A stretch of DNA of 64,000 bases from Felis catus (taxonomy: Eukaryota): positions 149,174,001-149,238,000 of the forward strand of contig NC_058368.1 in the NCBI RefSeq assembly GCF_018350175.1, written 5' to 3'. The number at the start of each line of letters is the position of its first letter. Position 1 is the stretch's first letter. The notes beneath the pieces are model-generated. The model did not search any database. It was not told where the DNA came from and saw only the letters and a program-made list of their open reading frames with translations. Shown here piece after piece: positions 13,345-25,100 of this stretch. The position numbers and the translations under genes are program-made.

Positions 13345-13620
13345 TTAACATTTAATGAGCATTTTATACCTGGAAATCATCAGATCCAGCACACCTCTTA
13401 TATTGTTTCACTTACCCTTACAAGAACCCCGTGAAATTTCTACTTTGAACTTACCCATTTGACAAATGAGAAAACACAGGGTCGGGCCTGGTTAGTACTT
13501 GGATGGGAGACAAATGAGAAAACATAGGTTTAGAAAGTTTTATGACTTGCTCACGATCATAGAGCACACAAGCGTTGAAGCAAGAATTTGATCAAAGCAG
13601 TTCCATTCTGACTCACTATT
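13345..13620 (-). mobile_element. MIR (host of the 5S insertion)
   Basis: MIR core cccattt.acaaatgagaaaac..aggtttagaaag..ttatgacttgctcacgatcatagagc. Confidence 0.7.
13477..13511 (+). pseudogene. 5S rRNA fragment (nt 57-91), tailless retro-insertion
   Basis: CAGGGTCGGGCCTGGTTAGTACTTGGATGGGAGAC is identical to mammalian 5S rRNA nt 57-91 as I recall it. It is flanked by the direct repeat gacaaatgagaaaaca (13461-13476, 13509-13524). Confidence 0.93.
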
Positions 13621-14366
13621 CACTATTTTAAAAATATATATTTATTCCTCACCTAGATTTCCTATAATCTTATGGAGTGGCTTGTGTTATTCTCCTTCCG
13701 TGATTGAGGAAACATACCTTACAAAAAAGTAACGTTTAAAATTGCACAGCAGGTAAGCGGAGGAGCCAGATGGAAAATTTCCAAGCCCAGAGCTCATGTC
13801 CTTTAATATTAAAATCACACAAGGACTGTAATCACAACCTTAAAACAGTTTGTATCAACTTTACTTGGTCTTCCTTAATTATAATTTCTTGGTATTTTCT
13901 TACAATTGCAATACAGAAGCTGCAATAGATCTCATTCGATGAAGACTCTTTCCTATAGTCAGATCTGTGTTCCTTTATTGTAAACCAGAAGAAGTCAGAA
14001 TTATTTCGGGGGAAGAAAGGGTAACATATGAGGGTAGCGGTTTATTTTATACATAACACAACCAGGAAAATAAGAATCAAAAAGCTATGTCTATTGCTAC
14101 AGTTCGATCCATCATCTAACACTGCCTTTCTTTCCCTGATGTTGGAGGAAGAAGCCAAAGGGAGAAGTAGGCTGGTAGAACGCTGAAATACTTGGAGCAT
14201 GACAAGTTTGTGCATACTGTGTCACGACAGTTTGAAAATGTGACACGTCCGAGTGTCATAATTGTTCTGGCCTCAACGAAAATGTAGAACCATTTGTGAC
14301 TGTAGCACATTTGTACACGGAAAGTTTCCTCTTTCCTCCTGAACAGTGCCTCCGTTTTCGGCTTAC

Positions 14367-14719
14367 CTTATCCACACAATATCATGCCTGGATGTGGCTT
14401 GCAGTGCAGATAAATTCACTCGTGGCTCTTGCAGTCGTATGGAAATCGACAGGTTGGAAAGCTGAAGCCTACATCGCACTTTACTTTTGGTTCTACGAGA
14501 CATCAAGCTTTCCCCAAGCAGACTCGCGCCTCGGGTAATTGAAACGCCGTCAGGTCCCACCTCTGTTTCTCCTAGCTGCGGTATCAGAAATCCCAGGGTT
14601 TGGAACCTGGTTTTACGAGTCACAGGGCATTTGTTTTGCTGGCACCGGTGGGATTGAAAGGGTATGGCCCTAGACCCAGCTGTTTGGGTAGCCACTTCCT
14701 AATTCCTTAAGTTCTTGAT
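14367..14719 (-). pseudogene. Putative large internal exon (353 nt)
   Basis: Acceptor tgtgtttatctctgccaag|, donor AAG|gtaagc. After one TAG at codon 7 it is open for about 110 codons (ORF 14363..14695 in the track). CpG-rich. Confidence 0.55.
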
Positions 14720-14759
14720 CTTGGCAGAGATAAACACATATGCTGAGTCACTACTTACA

Positions 14760-14960
14760 AGAGGCAACAGAGCACAGTGGTTACGAGCATGAAGTTAGGA
14801 AGCACATCGCCTCGATTCAAATGCCAGATCTGCTATTTACTAGCTAGGCGATATTGAACAAGTCACTAGATGAAAATGCTTAGTGAGGACTGATGTAGTT
14901 AATATGTGTAAAAATGTAAAATAATTCCTGTACCATAGGAAATACTGTACATTTGTTTTT
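14760..14960 (+). mobile_element. MIR fragment
   Basis: gcacagtggttacgagcatg...ttcaaatgccagatctgctatttactagct...ttgaacaagtcact. Confidence 0.7.
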
Positions 14961-15885
14961 TATTGCAATGCTCTTCTGGGAGTAATTCCTGTAAGCTTAG
15001 TTTAAAACCTGTATCTCCAGCCTTTTCAACAACTGTGTGAGCATCCAGTTCCTTATATTAAATCTCTTTTTGCTTAAACTAAATAAACTGGGTTTTGTCT
15101 TCAGCTGAACCTTGACTGATACACTGATAATTCTATTTCTTTTTGAGGACTAGTTATTGAATTACAAAAATTCAAGAAATTAGAGAAGGTGAGGCAGTTT
15201 AAAATCTAACAGGATATTCTGCAATTTACTTGTAAAGGCAGGTACAACATAAACGCAGGATTGGATCCACTTCAGTAGAGTAAATTATTTCTAAAAAAGT
15301 GTTTGCTAAAAGCTTTGAATATATTTCCAGGCATGCTTCTTCAGGCACAATACTTTAAAGCTATTGTCTTCAATAATTCACTCTCTGACTCTTTTTCTTT
15401 TTGTTGCTAAATTGGCAGAAGGCATCATCCAGAAAATCTTACTGAAAATCAGATTGCAGCAATGAAGTTTCTCAACTAAGTTTACTTATTTTTAAAAGAT
15501 TAGAGATTTAAAAGGCTCCTAAAATCATTAGCGAACCAAGACTCCTATGCTTTGCTGCATACTACCTATCTCTGCTTGGATTCAAGACACATCTTAAACT
15601 GAACAGGAGCCTCCCTTCTTAGTTTCAACATCTAGTCAATGATGCTGCCATTCAATCAGTTGCTGGGACTGACAACCCACTAGTAATCCCTAGCTTCTTT
15701 CACACCCCAGATACAACCTATCTGACGTTTGGCCTGACTCTCAAAATATATTCTGAATCAGATCTTTTACACCACACTCTTGGTGAAGCAGTCAGGTACA
15801 TTGTAGGAAACAGATACAGTATGCTTTTCGAGGAGAGACAATTTAATGAGTACGACATAGTCTTCAAAAAAAAAAAATATGCCAA

Positions 15886-16110
15886 GGGGCGCCTGAGTGG
15901 CTAACGCGATTAAACATTCCACTTCGGCTCACATCATGATCTCATGGTTCGTGAATTCGAGCCCCGTGTCCAGCTCTGTGCTGACAGCTTAGAGCCTAGA
16001 GCCTGCTTCAGACTCTCTGTCCCCCTCTCTCCCAGCCCCTCCCCTGCTTGAGCTCTGAGTCTCTCTTAAAAAAACAAACACTAAAAAACAAAACACTAAA
16101 AAACAAAAAC
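15886..16110 (+). mobile_element. Can-SINE
   Basis: TSD aaaaaaatatgccaa. Confidence 0.93.
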
Positions 16111-17850
16111 AAAAAAAATATGCCAAAATCTCACTTCAGGACTTTGAAATTCCTGACCCCTTCATCTTCATGCTCTTTTCCCAGGTCTAACACAGCTAGT
16201 TCCCTCACTTCAGTACAAGTGGTTTTCAAATGTCACCTTCTCTGAGAGGTCTTCCCTGAAAACCCTAGCTAAAAAAGCCCAAACTCTTGCTGTCAACATT
16301 CTTGATCTCCTTCCCTTGCCTTATTTTTTTTCCAGACCTTTTAACATAGTAATATATATTTGTTGACCCAATTGTTTCTTTTGCATTTCCTTAACTAGAA
16401 TAATAATACTGTGAGACTAAGAACTCTCTGTGGCCCTCACTGAATTCCTAGCACCTAATGACATCAAAAAATATTTGTGAAAAGGCAGAATCTCCACACC
16501 ATTTCCTTTTTGATTGTCTTAAGCATTATTTTCCTATTCAAAAGTGCTAAAATTTTAGCCTGTTCTATCTTCAGAATTATAGCATAAACCAAACTATTGG
16601 CCTGGGCCATATTTAGTACCCTTTATGGTTCTTCTATATCTATTATTTATCAGCCACCACTTGGTCCAAGATTCATCAGAAAAGTACAGTACAGAATGCT
16701 TAAAGTGAGGCATTCATCATTTCTGAAAAATTTCTTAACACACTTATAGCAGTAAAGGATCATCCACAAGAAGGGCATCAATCATTACACTGGACTTAAA
16801 GGAAAAAGTTCTGTAGAGAATTGCCCCATTATGTTCTCTATATAAAGGCTGATATACATATCCGTTGTTTTGTGACTTCAAATCAGTTACTAACAGTCTT
16901 TGAGATGACTACCATTCTGAATTATTTGCATACAGCTACCGTGTTAAGTGGATCTCAGCTAGCTAAAAACAGGTCCAGATATTTTCCTGGTGTATCATTT
17001 GTTTGACCCCTAAAGTGGCAATATAATCTTGAACAATGGGTTCCTTCCTTTTATTCAATATTCTTAAAATATTTATTTTCTATTATTATTAACTTATTAT
17101 TAACTATTAAAATATGAATCATTAACTGTCACAACATTCCTTTAAGTTACATGCAAGTATATAATTTTAAAACCTGTTTGTGAATATAGTATTTCTTAAT
17201 TCTTTTAATATAGTCCACAAGATATTATTGTTTCCATTTGACTGATGAAGAAATAGGTTGAAAAGTTAAGCTATTTACTCACTTACATAAGGGATATGAC
17301 TAGATCATCTGAAAACAGTTTTAATATTCTTTCCACTATCAAAGATCATAGACCTGAGCAGATACACAAAAGATAGCGTCCCCATCCTTGAGGTAATAAC
17401 AAGCCAGTTAGAGAAACATGATATTCACACAGCAGTAATTTAACTGGGTAATAATACATTTGGAGAGAATTTGCAGCTACCATTTATGCAGGCTTCCTCT
17501 GGCCAACACTGTGGTAGATATTTGACACCAACTTCATTTTATTCTGAAAACAAAGACTAGAACTAAGTGCCGTCCTCCCCAGTTCACAAGTGAGAAGATT
17601 GTCTCAGAGTACAAGCTCACACAGGTGGTAAGCAATGGTGCTAGGATTCAAATCCACATCTGTGTGTTTCCAAAGCCCACACTCTAACACTGTGCTTTAT
17701 AATAAATAAAATTAACAAATTATGATTGATAAAAGAAACAACACACACGCACGCACACACACACGCACACACACACACCTTTTCCTAGATATCAGAGAAT
17801 GAGGAATATTGTCCTTGGATGGGGCTCATTAGAAATTTAAATGAGCACTC

Positions 17851-18068
17851 AGGCATCTGGGTGGCTCAGTGGATTAAGTGTCTGATTCTTGATTTTGGTT
17901 CAGGTCATGATCTGATGATTGGTGAGCTATAGCCCCACATCCGGCTCTGCACTGAGAGCAGGGAGCCTGCTGGGGATTCTCTCTCCCTCGCTCTCTGCCC
18001 CTCCCCCACTCACTCTGTCTCTCTGTCTCTCTAAACACAAATAAATAAATAATAAATAAAAAATAAAC
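17851..18068 (+). mobile_element. Can-SINE
   Basis: Head, body and (TAAA)n tail. Confidence 0.9.
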
Positions 18069-18319
18069 AGCTACTTCAGCAAAGAGTGGGATGGAAGGAA
18101 TGCAGGAAAACACTAGGAGTATACAGTAAGAACTTGACAATAAGCATGGTGCCTTCTGGAAAGAGTGAGATTAGTCTGGAGTAGGAAATATTTTAAGTTA
18201 AGCAGTAAAAAAGATGATAAAGTCAAATTATAGAGGCCTAACTTAAATGGAGAAATTTGACTTTTTTATAGTAATAATGGGAAATGGCTTCAATGACATT
18301 TGTGTTTAAAGTTAGTTTA

Positions 18320-18524
18320 GGCACGCCTGAGTGGCTCAGTCAGTTAAGCGTCCAACTCTTGATTTTGCTTTAGGTCATGATCTCACGGTTCATGAGAGTC
18401 ATGAGATCAAGCCCTGTGCCAGGCTCTGCACTGACAGTGTGGAGCTGCTTGGGATTCTCTCTCTCTCCCTCTGTCTCTGCCCCTCAACCCCCCCCAAATA
18501 AATAAACTTTAATAAATAAAATAA
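18320..18524 (+). mobile_element. Can-SINE
   Basis: Head, body and tail present. Confidence 0.9.
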
Positions 18525-19102
18525 AGTAATTACTCTAATGAAGGTTTATGAGTGAAAAGACTAAGCAAAGACCAGCTGCAGAAACTAATCAGGAGACACA
18601 ACACAGTGCAAAGCAGAATGTATAAAAACCTGGACAAAATTAAAATAGGATTAGAGATACCAAGGCCAGGGTCAAGAAAAATCTCTTTTTGTGCCAGTAT
18701 GGTTTGGATGACAAAGAATTAAGAAAAGTAAGATAGTATCAAGCTGTTGAGAGAAAATGACATTTCAAGCCCAGATTATAGAAAAAGTCTTTCTAAAAAG
18801 AACAAAGACCTCTTCCCCTCCCCTAAATAAGTTCTATGATTAGATAAGCTAATGAACCAAATGGTGGTCCTTTGGGATAAAACCCTAAGCAGATCCAAGC
18901 TGTTTCATTCCTTAGACCAAAAAACTTGCACCTTATTTTCATCTCTGCCACTTAACAGCAATTTCAGAAAGCTGGCACCTGTACACCCACTTTTACCTTT
19001 TGCCAAAATGAGCTTTTAAGGTAAATCACCTCAAAGATTTATATATGTAGGAAGAGAGAGAGAGAGAGATCTATATATAGAGATGTAGCCTGTGAGCCTC
19101 AC

Positions 19103-19212
19103 CGTCTTATCCATCTCAGTAGCAGAGGACGGCATGATTTGTGTGGGTGTAGTCAGCATCATGAGTTCTTTTTTATAAACTGAGTTTACGAGTTCAGCTC
19201 ATATCACCACAC
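19103..19212 (-). pseudogene. Putative internal exon (110 nt)
   Basis: Acceptor ttctttgctgtgtacctttcccag|, donor ACG|gtgagg; reads VVI*AELVNSVYKKELMMLTTPTQIMPSSATEMDKT. Confidence 0.6.
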
Positions 19213-19577
19213 CTGGGAAAGGTACACAGCAAAGAATTAGGTAAAAGGAAAAGAAAGATGAAACATAGGTATATGAAAGATTACTTTGAGACTGAGTTAT
19301 GTCTAGAGTAACCGGTATCCTCTCTTCTTCTCATTCAGAGCAATAAGTAATAGCAATGTTCTTTTGAGGTTGTGAAGTCCCACTAAGAGCAAAAAAAAAA
19401 TAGCATGATTGATTAGTAATGTTTGCCATATATATGGGTGAGAAATTGATGTCAGGATTCTGACATCAGATATCAGATATTCTGATATTCTGATCTCTGA
19501 GTTTTATTTATTAATTCTGATTAAAAATTATTTTTAAACCCTATTCTAATCCAGAGAGTTAAAACTTTTATATTTCA

Positions 19578-19793
19578 GGGGTGCCTGGGTGGCTCATTGG
19601 GCTTAGCGTCTGACTTGATTTTGGCTTAGGCCATGATCTCATGGTTCGTGAGTTCGAGCCCCGTCTCAGGCTCTGTACTGACAGTGCAGAGCCTGCTTGG
19701 GATTCTCTCTCTCCTCTCTCTGCCCTTCCCCCGCTCGTGTGTGTGCACGTGTGCTCTCTCTCTCTCTCAAAATAAATAAAACTCAAAAAAATA
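19578..19793 (+). mobile_element. Can-SINE
   Basis: TSD ttttata(t/c)ttca. Confidence 0.92.
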
Positions 19794-20042
19794 TTTTATA
19801 CTTCATAGTTTATAATTGAGTTTTAGAATTCTATAATATTTACATTATTTTCATTTTTGTAACTCTTTGCTACCCTAAATAGTAATACTTTCTCCAGTAT
19901 AGAAAGCATTACTGATAAAAAAAAGATTATAACTGAAAACAAGTATGATTTTGGAACCAAATTTTGTTTCAAATTACCTGTTAATTTTATTTAACAGATT
20001 AAATAAAATATTTTAATAAGTAAAAGTATTTTAACTTTAAAA

Positions 20043-20255
20043 ATTTTTTTTTCAACGTTTATTTATTTTGGGGACAGAGAGAGACAGAGCATGAACGGGG
20101 GAGGGGCAGAGAGAGAGGGAGACACAGAATCGGAAACAGGCTCCAGGCTCTGAGCCATCAGCCCAGAGCCCGACGCGGGGCTCGAACTCACGGACCGCGA
20201 GATCGTGACCTGGCTGAAGTCGGACGCTTAACCGACTGCGCCACCCAGGCGCCCC
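20043..20255 (-). mobile_element. Young Can-SINE (SINEC_Fc-type)
   Basis: CpGs retained; near-identical to the copy at 41964-42190. Confidence 0.95.
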
Positions 20256-20423
20256 AAACTTTTAAAATATTTTTTAAAGTAAAGTATTTTAAGTAAGTTA
20301 TTTTAACTTTGACATTACATATTTTTCCTTTAGCATGGGAAACAATTGAATTTTTCAATAAGCATTGTGTTTTATAGTCTTTTAGAGTTATTGCTTTAAA
20401 GTGTTGCTCTTTATAAGATTTAC

Positions 20424-20568
20424 CTATATATAATAAGTTACAATAATGTAGAGAGTTTTGGTATTAGCACAATAAGCCTCTATATATATGAACCTATGTC
20501 TGGCACTAAGAAACATTCCCAGGTAAAAGTTTAATTCTTTTAGCAGCCCAGGAATCTGCTTCCTTAAG
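20424..20568 (-). pseudogene. Putative internal exon (145 nt), probably frameshifted
   Basis: Acceptor tcttctgttttgtgttcag|, donor TAG|gtaaat; one frame is open for 47 codons up to a terminal TAG. Confidence 0.5.
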
Positions 20569-21249
20569 CTGAACACAAAACAGAAGATTTATTACATAAA
20601 GTATAATCTAATTGGTTATTCAGTGTGAATAACTTCATTAAGACTTCAGAATAAAGACATTATTTTAAAGCAGGGTCAGAGGGGATAAGTTAGGTAACAA
20701 AAAAAGTGTTTAACTGAAATTTCCTTTAAACATAATTATAGGTTATAAAAGTACCCAATCAACATATTCATTTCGCATAATCAATTGAGCTGAAAAAGAA
20801 AGCTTATTAGGAGTTGATACATCTAAAAGATGACAACTTTTAAGTAATTATTCAACAAGTATTTATTCAACACCAACTATATGCAAGGTATTATGAAGAA
20901 TATAATTACTGATAAAACACACTAACTATCCCCAAGAGACTTAAAATTGCAGCAGAGGACATAAAATGTGAAAATGAATATCATTTATAACTTTTTACTT
21001 AGGTGAATAGTGCCAAAATTTGGCATACTCTGGGAATTTTGAGGGAAATTATTAAATGCTTTGTAGAGACGGTTGCTTATGAAAAAGTCCTAAAAACATG
21101 GATAGAATTTGGTTGTGGAAAAATTGAAGGAAAGAGGCCTCCAGATAGAAATACAAATACATCAGAAGGAGATTATCTGCTTCAGGATGGTGGTTGAAAG
21201 TAGATAACTGCAGATAAGGGAGACTACTGTATTTTTAAAATAATGACCA

Positions 21250-21449
21250 GGGATGCCTGGATGGCTCAGTTTGTTGGGTGTCCAACTTCGGCTCAGGTCG
21301 TGATCTTGTAGCTTGTGAATTTGAGCCCCATGTCAGACTCTCTGCTGTCAGCACAGAGCCTACTTCATATTCTCTGTCCCCCTCTCACTCTGCCCTTCCC
21401 CCGCTCGCATGCTCGCTCTCTCTCTCAAAAATAAATATTAAAAAAAATA
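21250..21449 (+). mobile_element. Can-SINE
   Basis: TSD aaaataatgacca. Confidence 0.93.
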
Positions 21450-22044
21450 AAAATAATGACCAAAAATTGATGTTTTTCTTTAGTGTTGTTCCAAATTGAA
21501 AATGTGTCATTTTTTTTAATATTGTCAATATCCAAAATCTTAATTAAACTTTGATACTGTCAGTAACATAATTCAGTATCTGGATTATTAATTTGAAAAA
21601 AATGTATCAGTGCATCTCTGAAAAAACGTCTAAGGCAATTAAAGCAGAATGCTGCCAACTTTTTGGAAATATTTTTATTTCTTTGAAACCTAGAAATTTA
21701 ATGAATTTTTATAAATTTGTGGAGAGAGAGAAGGAAAAAGAGAGAGGGGGAAGGGAGGGAGGAGAAATGAGAGTGGAGAGGAGGGAAGAGAGCAGAGAAG
21801 AAGTGAATGGAGGAGAAGGAAAGAATCAACAAGGAAAGTGATACTTTTCTTTATTTTTCTCTGCCAACTAGGGGGCCCATAAATCACAGGGAACCATATT
21901 ATGCTATTTGGAGAACTACTACCAAATGTGTTAAGATCTACTCATTCAACAAACATAAATGTATTTATTATTGAATCACCAATCCTTCGTAAGTAGGAAG
22001 GCTGTATAGAAATTATGTAATGAATGCAAACATCCTGCCATTAC

Positions 22045-22150
22045 CCACTGGATATTCTTCATAGACAATGTTGAGCAGTTATGGTACTCTGTCCCAGTGA
22101 GTACAGATTCAACCTCAAAATCCTCTGTATAGCACTACCAGTGGCCCACA
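22045..22150 (-). pseudogene. Putative internal exon (106 nt)
   Basis: Acceptor cctactttaattgattag|, donor TGG|gtaatg; reads VGHW*CYTEDFEVESVLTGTEYHNCSTLSMKNIQW. Confidence 0.35.
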
Positions 22151-25100
22151 CTAATCAATTAAAGTAGGCACAAGATATGCAACCAATTTGCTACCGTTGA
22201 TTTAATGATTGATAACATACATAAAAAGCATGATAACATATGTATAAAGCATTTAGCATTGGATTTTAGAATCACTTTGACTTTATTTTGCTACTTTGTT
22301 TTGCTACTTACTAGCTATATGATCTTGAAAATTTTACCTAACTCTTCAAATGGCAGCTTCCTTATATGTAAACTGGGAATAATATTGTCTATGTTTTAGT
22401 ACCTGTAATGTAAATGAGATAATATAAAAAAACACTTAGCATAAAGCCTGGTATATAATAAATATTGGCTCTATCGCAGATACTGTGGGTAAAATGAAAG
22501 GAATAAACAGATTAACTGTATAGAATCCTCACCCTTAAATTTTTCTTGTTATGCTATGGAGAAGTAGGCATAAACAAATGAGTTTAGTCAAGTGTTACCA
22601 CTGCTATAATAAAAGCATGTTTACACAATAAAATCTGTCATCAGTTCTATAGAAAGGTTTCAGAAAAAAAAGTTTGGCATCTAGTAAAATATTGACTATA
22701 AGAATAAGGATCTTGAGAGAGAGGTTAAAGAAGGTATCTGAAAGGGAACCAGTATTTAAGAAGTGGATGGAAGAAGAGGATTTAGGGAAAAAAATGAGAC
22801 CCAGAGTGACAGGAGTGGAAACAGGATAGACTTAATGACACCAGCACCAAGGTAGAATTTTGGGTCTTCAAAGCTATAGAGTGCCCCAGTGAGAGGAGGA
22901 ATAAAAAATTCCCTATCAGTTACACAGAGCAAGTTGCTCAGCAAGAACTATTTTAATGGATTGTGAGGATGCAAGTCAAATTGCAAAACATTAAGTAGTA
23001 AATGGAGGGTGAAATCTTGGAGTCAGGGTTTTAACTGGAACTGAGAGTTTTAGATGTGAAAGAAGAATAGGCCTATACTATTAGGGTCAAAATTTGAGAC
23101 AGAGATATAAGGAGAGATTTGCACATATTCTAGAAGGATTGGAAAGTACAGGTTTAAATACAAAATGATGCTCCCTCAAGCACTTTCTTTGTGAAACATG
23201 ACTATTCAAAAGCTCACCAGTTTACCCTATCTTGTGCTATCTTAGATAATATAAACTATGGATCATAGGGACCCAACTCCTAGCTATTGACCCCTAAGCA
23301 GTTGGCGCCAGCCTGTTCAATCCCTCAGGAATGGAGAATATCAACATCTGCTTCCACAGTAGTCTCTTAAAAATAATTTAAAAATTCATATATTTCTTAA
23401 ATATAATTCTGTTACTTGCCTGCTTAAATTATTTCAAAGGCTCCCACATCCAAGTTTGCAGTGCATTTTTTGGCATGCTCTGGTACACACACTGCTTACT
23501 TCTCTAGATGCATGTCTCTTAGTATTTTCCTGTCCACTCTACCCTTGCATTTTATTGTTATTACTTACTGGTGTTGCTATGTTTCACAAGGATGCACTCA
23601 ATGCCTAGGTGTTGGGTTTTCCATTAGGTACTTTGTATGTCTGAAATGTTTATGCCACTGTGTCTGCTGAAGTTTCCCTCACCTGCCCAACCTCCCTTCT
23701 GAATAATCATTACTAACTCTTTTTATCAGTTATTATACCTTATGTACACACATCATGATATGTTTATCATCTTCCCTAGGGAGTATTTGCCCATCCATTT
23801 AACAATGTAGACTATGAGATCCTTAAAAATGGATTCCATATTTTATGTAAATTTGGATCACTACTACCAAAAATGGGCCTAGAATATTGTCACGAACTAT
23901 TTTTGAAATGAAGCAATGAATTAATGGATGTGTACAACCATTTATGATTTTAATAATAACTTTAATTACATTTCCTGGTCCAGTGTTTTTCTAGACAAAC
24001 ATATCCGTCATACCAAAACCATACCTGAAATAAATGGCATTTAGTACACTGAGAGTAGATGACATATCTATTATTCTAGATTTGATAAGTCAATATATTT
24101 GAAGTCTCTTATTCCTAAAATAACTTACTCATGTTCATTAAATGTTATCCTACCAAATAAAAGAGATCTAACATTTCAAGACCATCTAAGCCAGAACAGT
24201 TTGATTTCATAATTAAGGATATTTTTCCGATGAAACGAACTGGCTCCAGTTGACTAAATATGGGTTGTTACTTTTCAGTTAGAATTAATAAGAAAATCCA
24301 TATGCATCTAGAATATGTTCCCAATTGTACTCTTAGAAATTTGATCATACAACTTACAAAATCCGTGAATTAGAGCTTTCTCCCTTGATATGGGTCCTCA
24401 ATTTCCTGAGAGCTAGAGTGACAGGGTGTAATTATTCCGCTTGGGCTCTCTGACAACAAATGCATTCAATCATCAATTAAGAATTAGCACACGTATGGTT
24501 TCAATTATATTGATTTATAACAGTAGCTTTTTAATACAGAATTAAGTTACAGTCTATCATGCCTTGATAATTAAATTGCACTTTGTTTTATTGTTTTTTA
24601 CTCACTTGTAGGAAAACAAGTAAAGTTATAAAAGCTTCTTGCATTGTATGTTATTTATTTCTACTAATCATGAGACAGAATTTCCCTGTACCTGAGCACT
24701 GTAAAATCCAGACAAATATTATCGCTATCATTACCATCTCAGACTCTCTTTATATCATTTCTCCACTACAGCATAAATATGAGCAATGTTTGCCTAAACT
24801 ACATCATGGACAGGAAAACATAACTCTTCATTTTATTTGCCTTTAAGATAAGAAGCACAGCCTGGAAAAAAATCTGGACACCTCCAAAGTTACTTCTTAG
24901 AGTGCCAGTAATCTGTTTTTGCACTAGCTTCCCTCTCTCTCTTTGATGATATCTACCCTCACATCCAAGTCAGGACATCTACAGGGCCACCCTGCTTTCT
25001 AATCCTTTACCACTGGTGAAACTGAGAAATGGCTTGAGTTAACTCATTATGTCTGCTGATTTATTAAATATACTTAAGTGTGAATGAGTTCCACTGTATC

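Larger units (their letters stand above)
10291..22150 (-). pseudogene. Candidate multi-exon unprocessed (unitary) pseudogene or spliced lncRNA of unidentified origin
   Basis: Nine exon-like segments bounded by GT-AG splice sites in repeat-free DNA: 22150-22045, 20568-20424, 19212-19103, 14719-14367, 12780-12668, 12519-12489, 12053-12025, 11893-11737, and 10422-(10305/10291), the last with an acceptor only. The last seven joined (911 nt) give one frame with 5 internal stops versus more than 15 in each other frame (hand count). Confidence 0.55.

Noticed and set aside
14347..14452. Plus-strand exon-like segment (cctcctgaacag| ... CAG|gttgga) overlapping the minus-strand exon
   Set aside because: Weak donor and no convincing chain of partner exons on the plus strand.
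14367..14719. Kinase C-lobe-like words (IRKWL..QLGLG, WDF*, LPE, KCDV) in an alternative frame
   Set aside because: That frame has 7 stops while another is open for 110 codons, and motif spacing is wrong; likely over-reading.
21720..21840. Polypurine tract with triplex potential
   Set aside because: Ordinary low-complexity GA-rich sequence without clear mirror symmetry.
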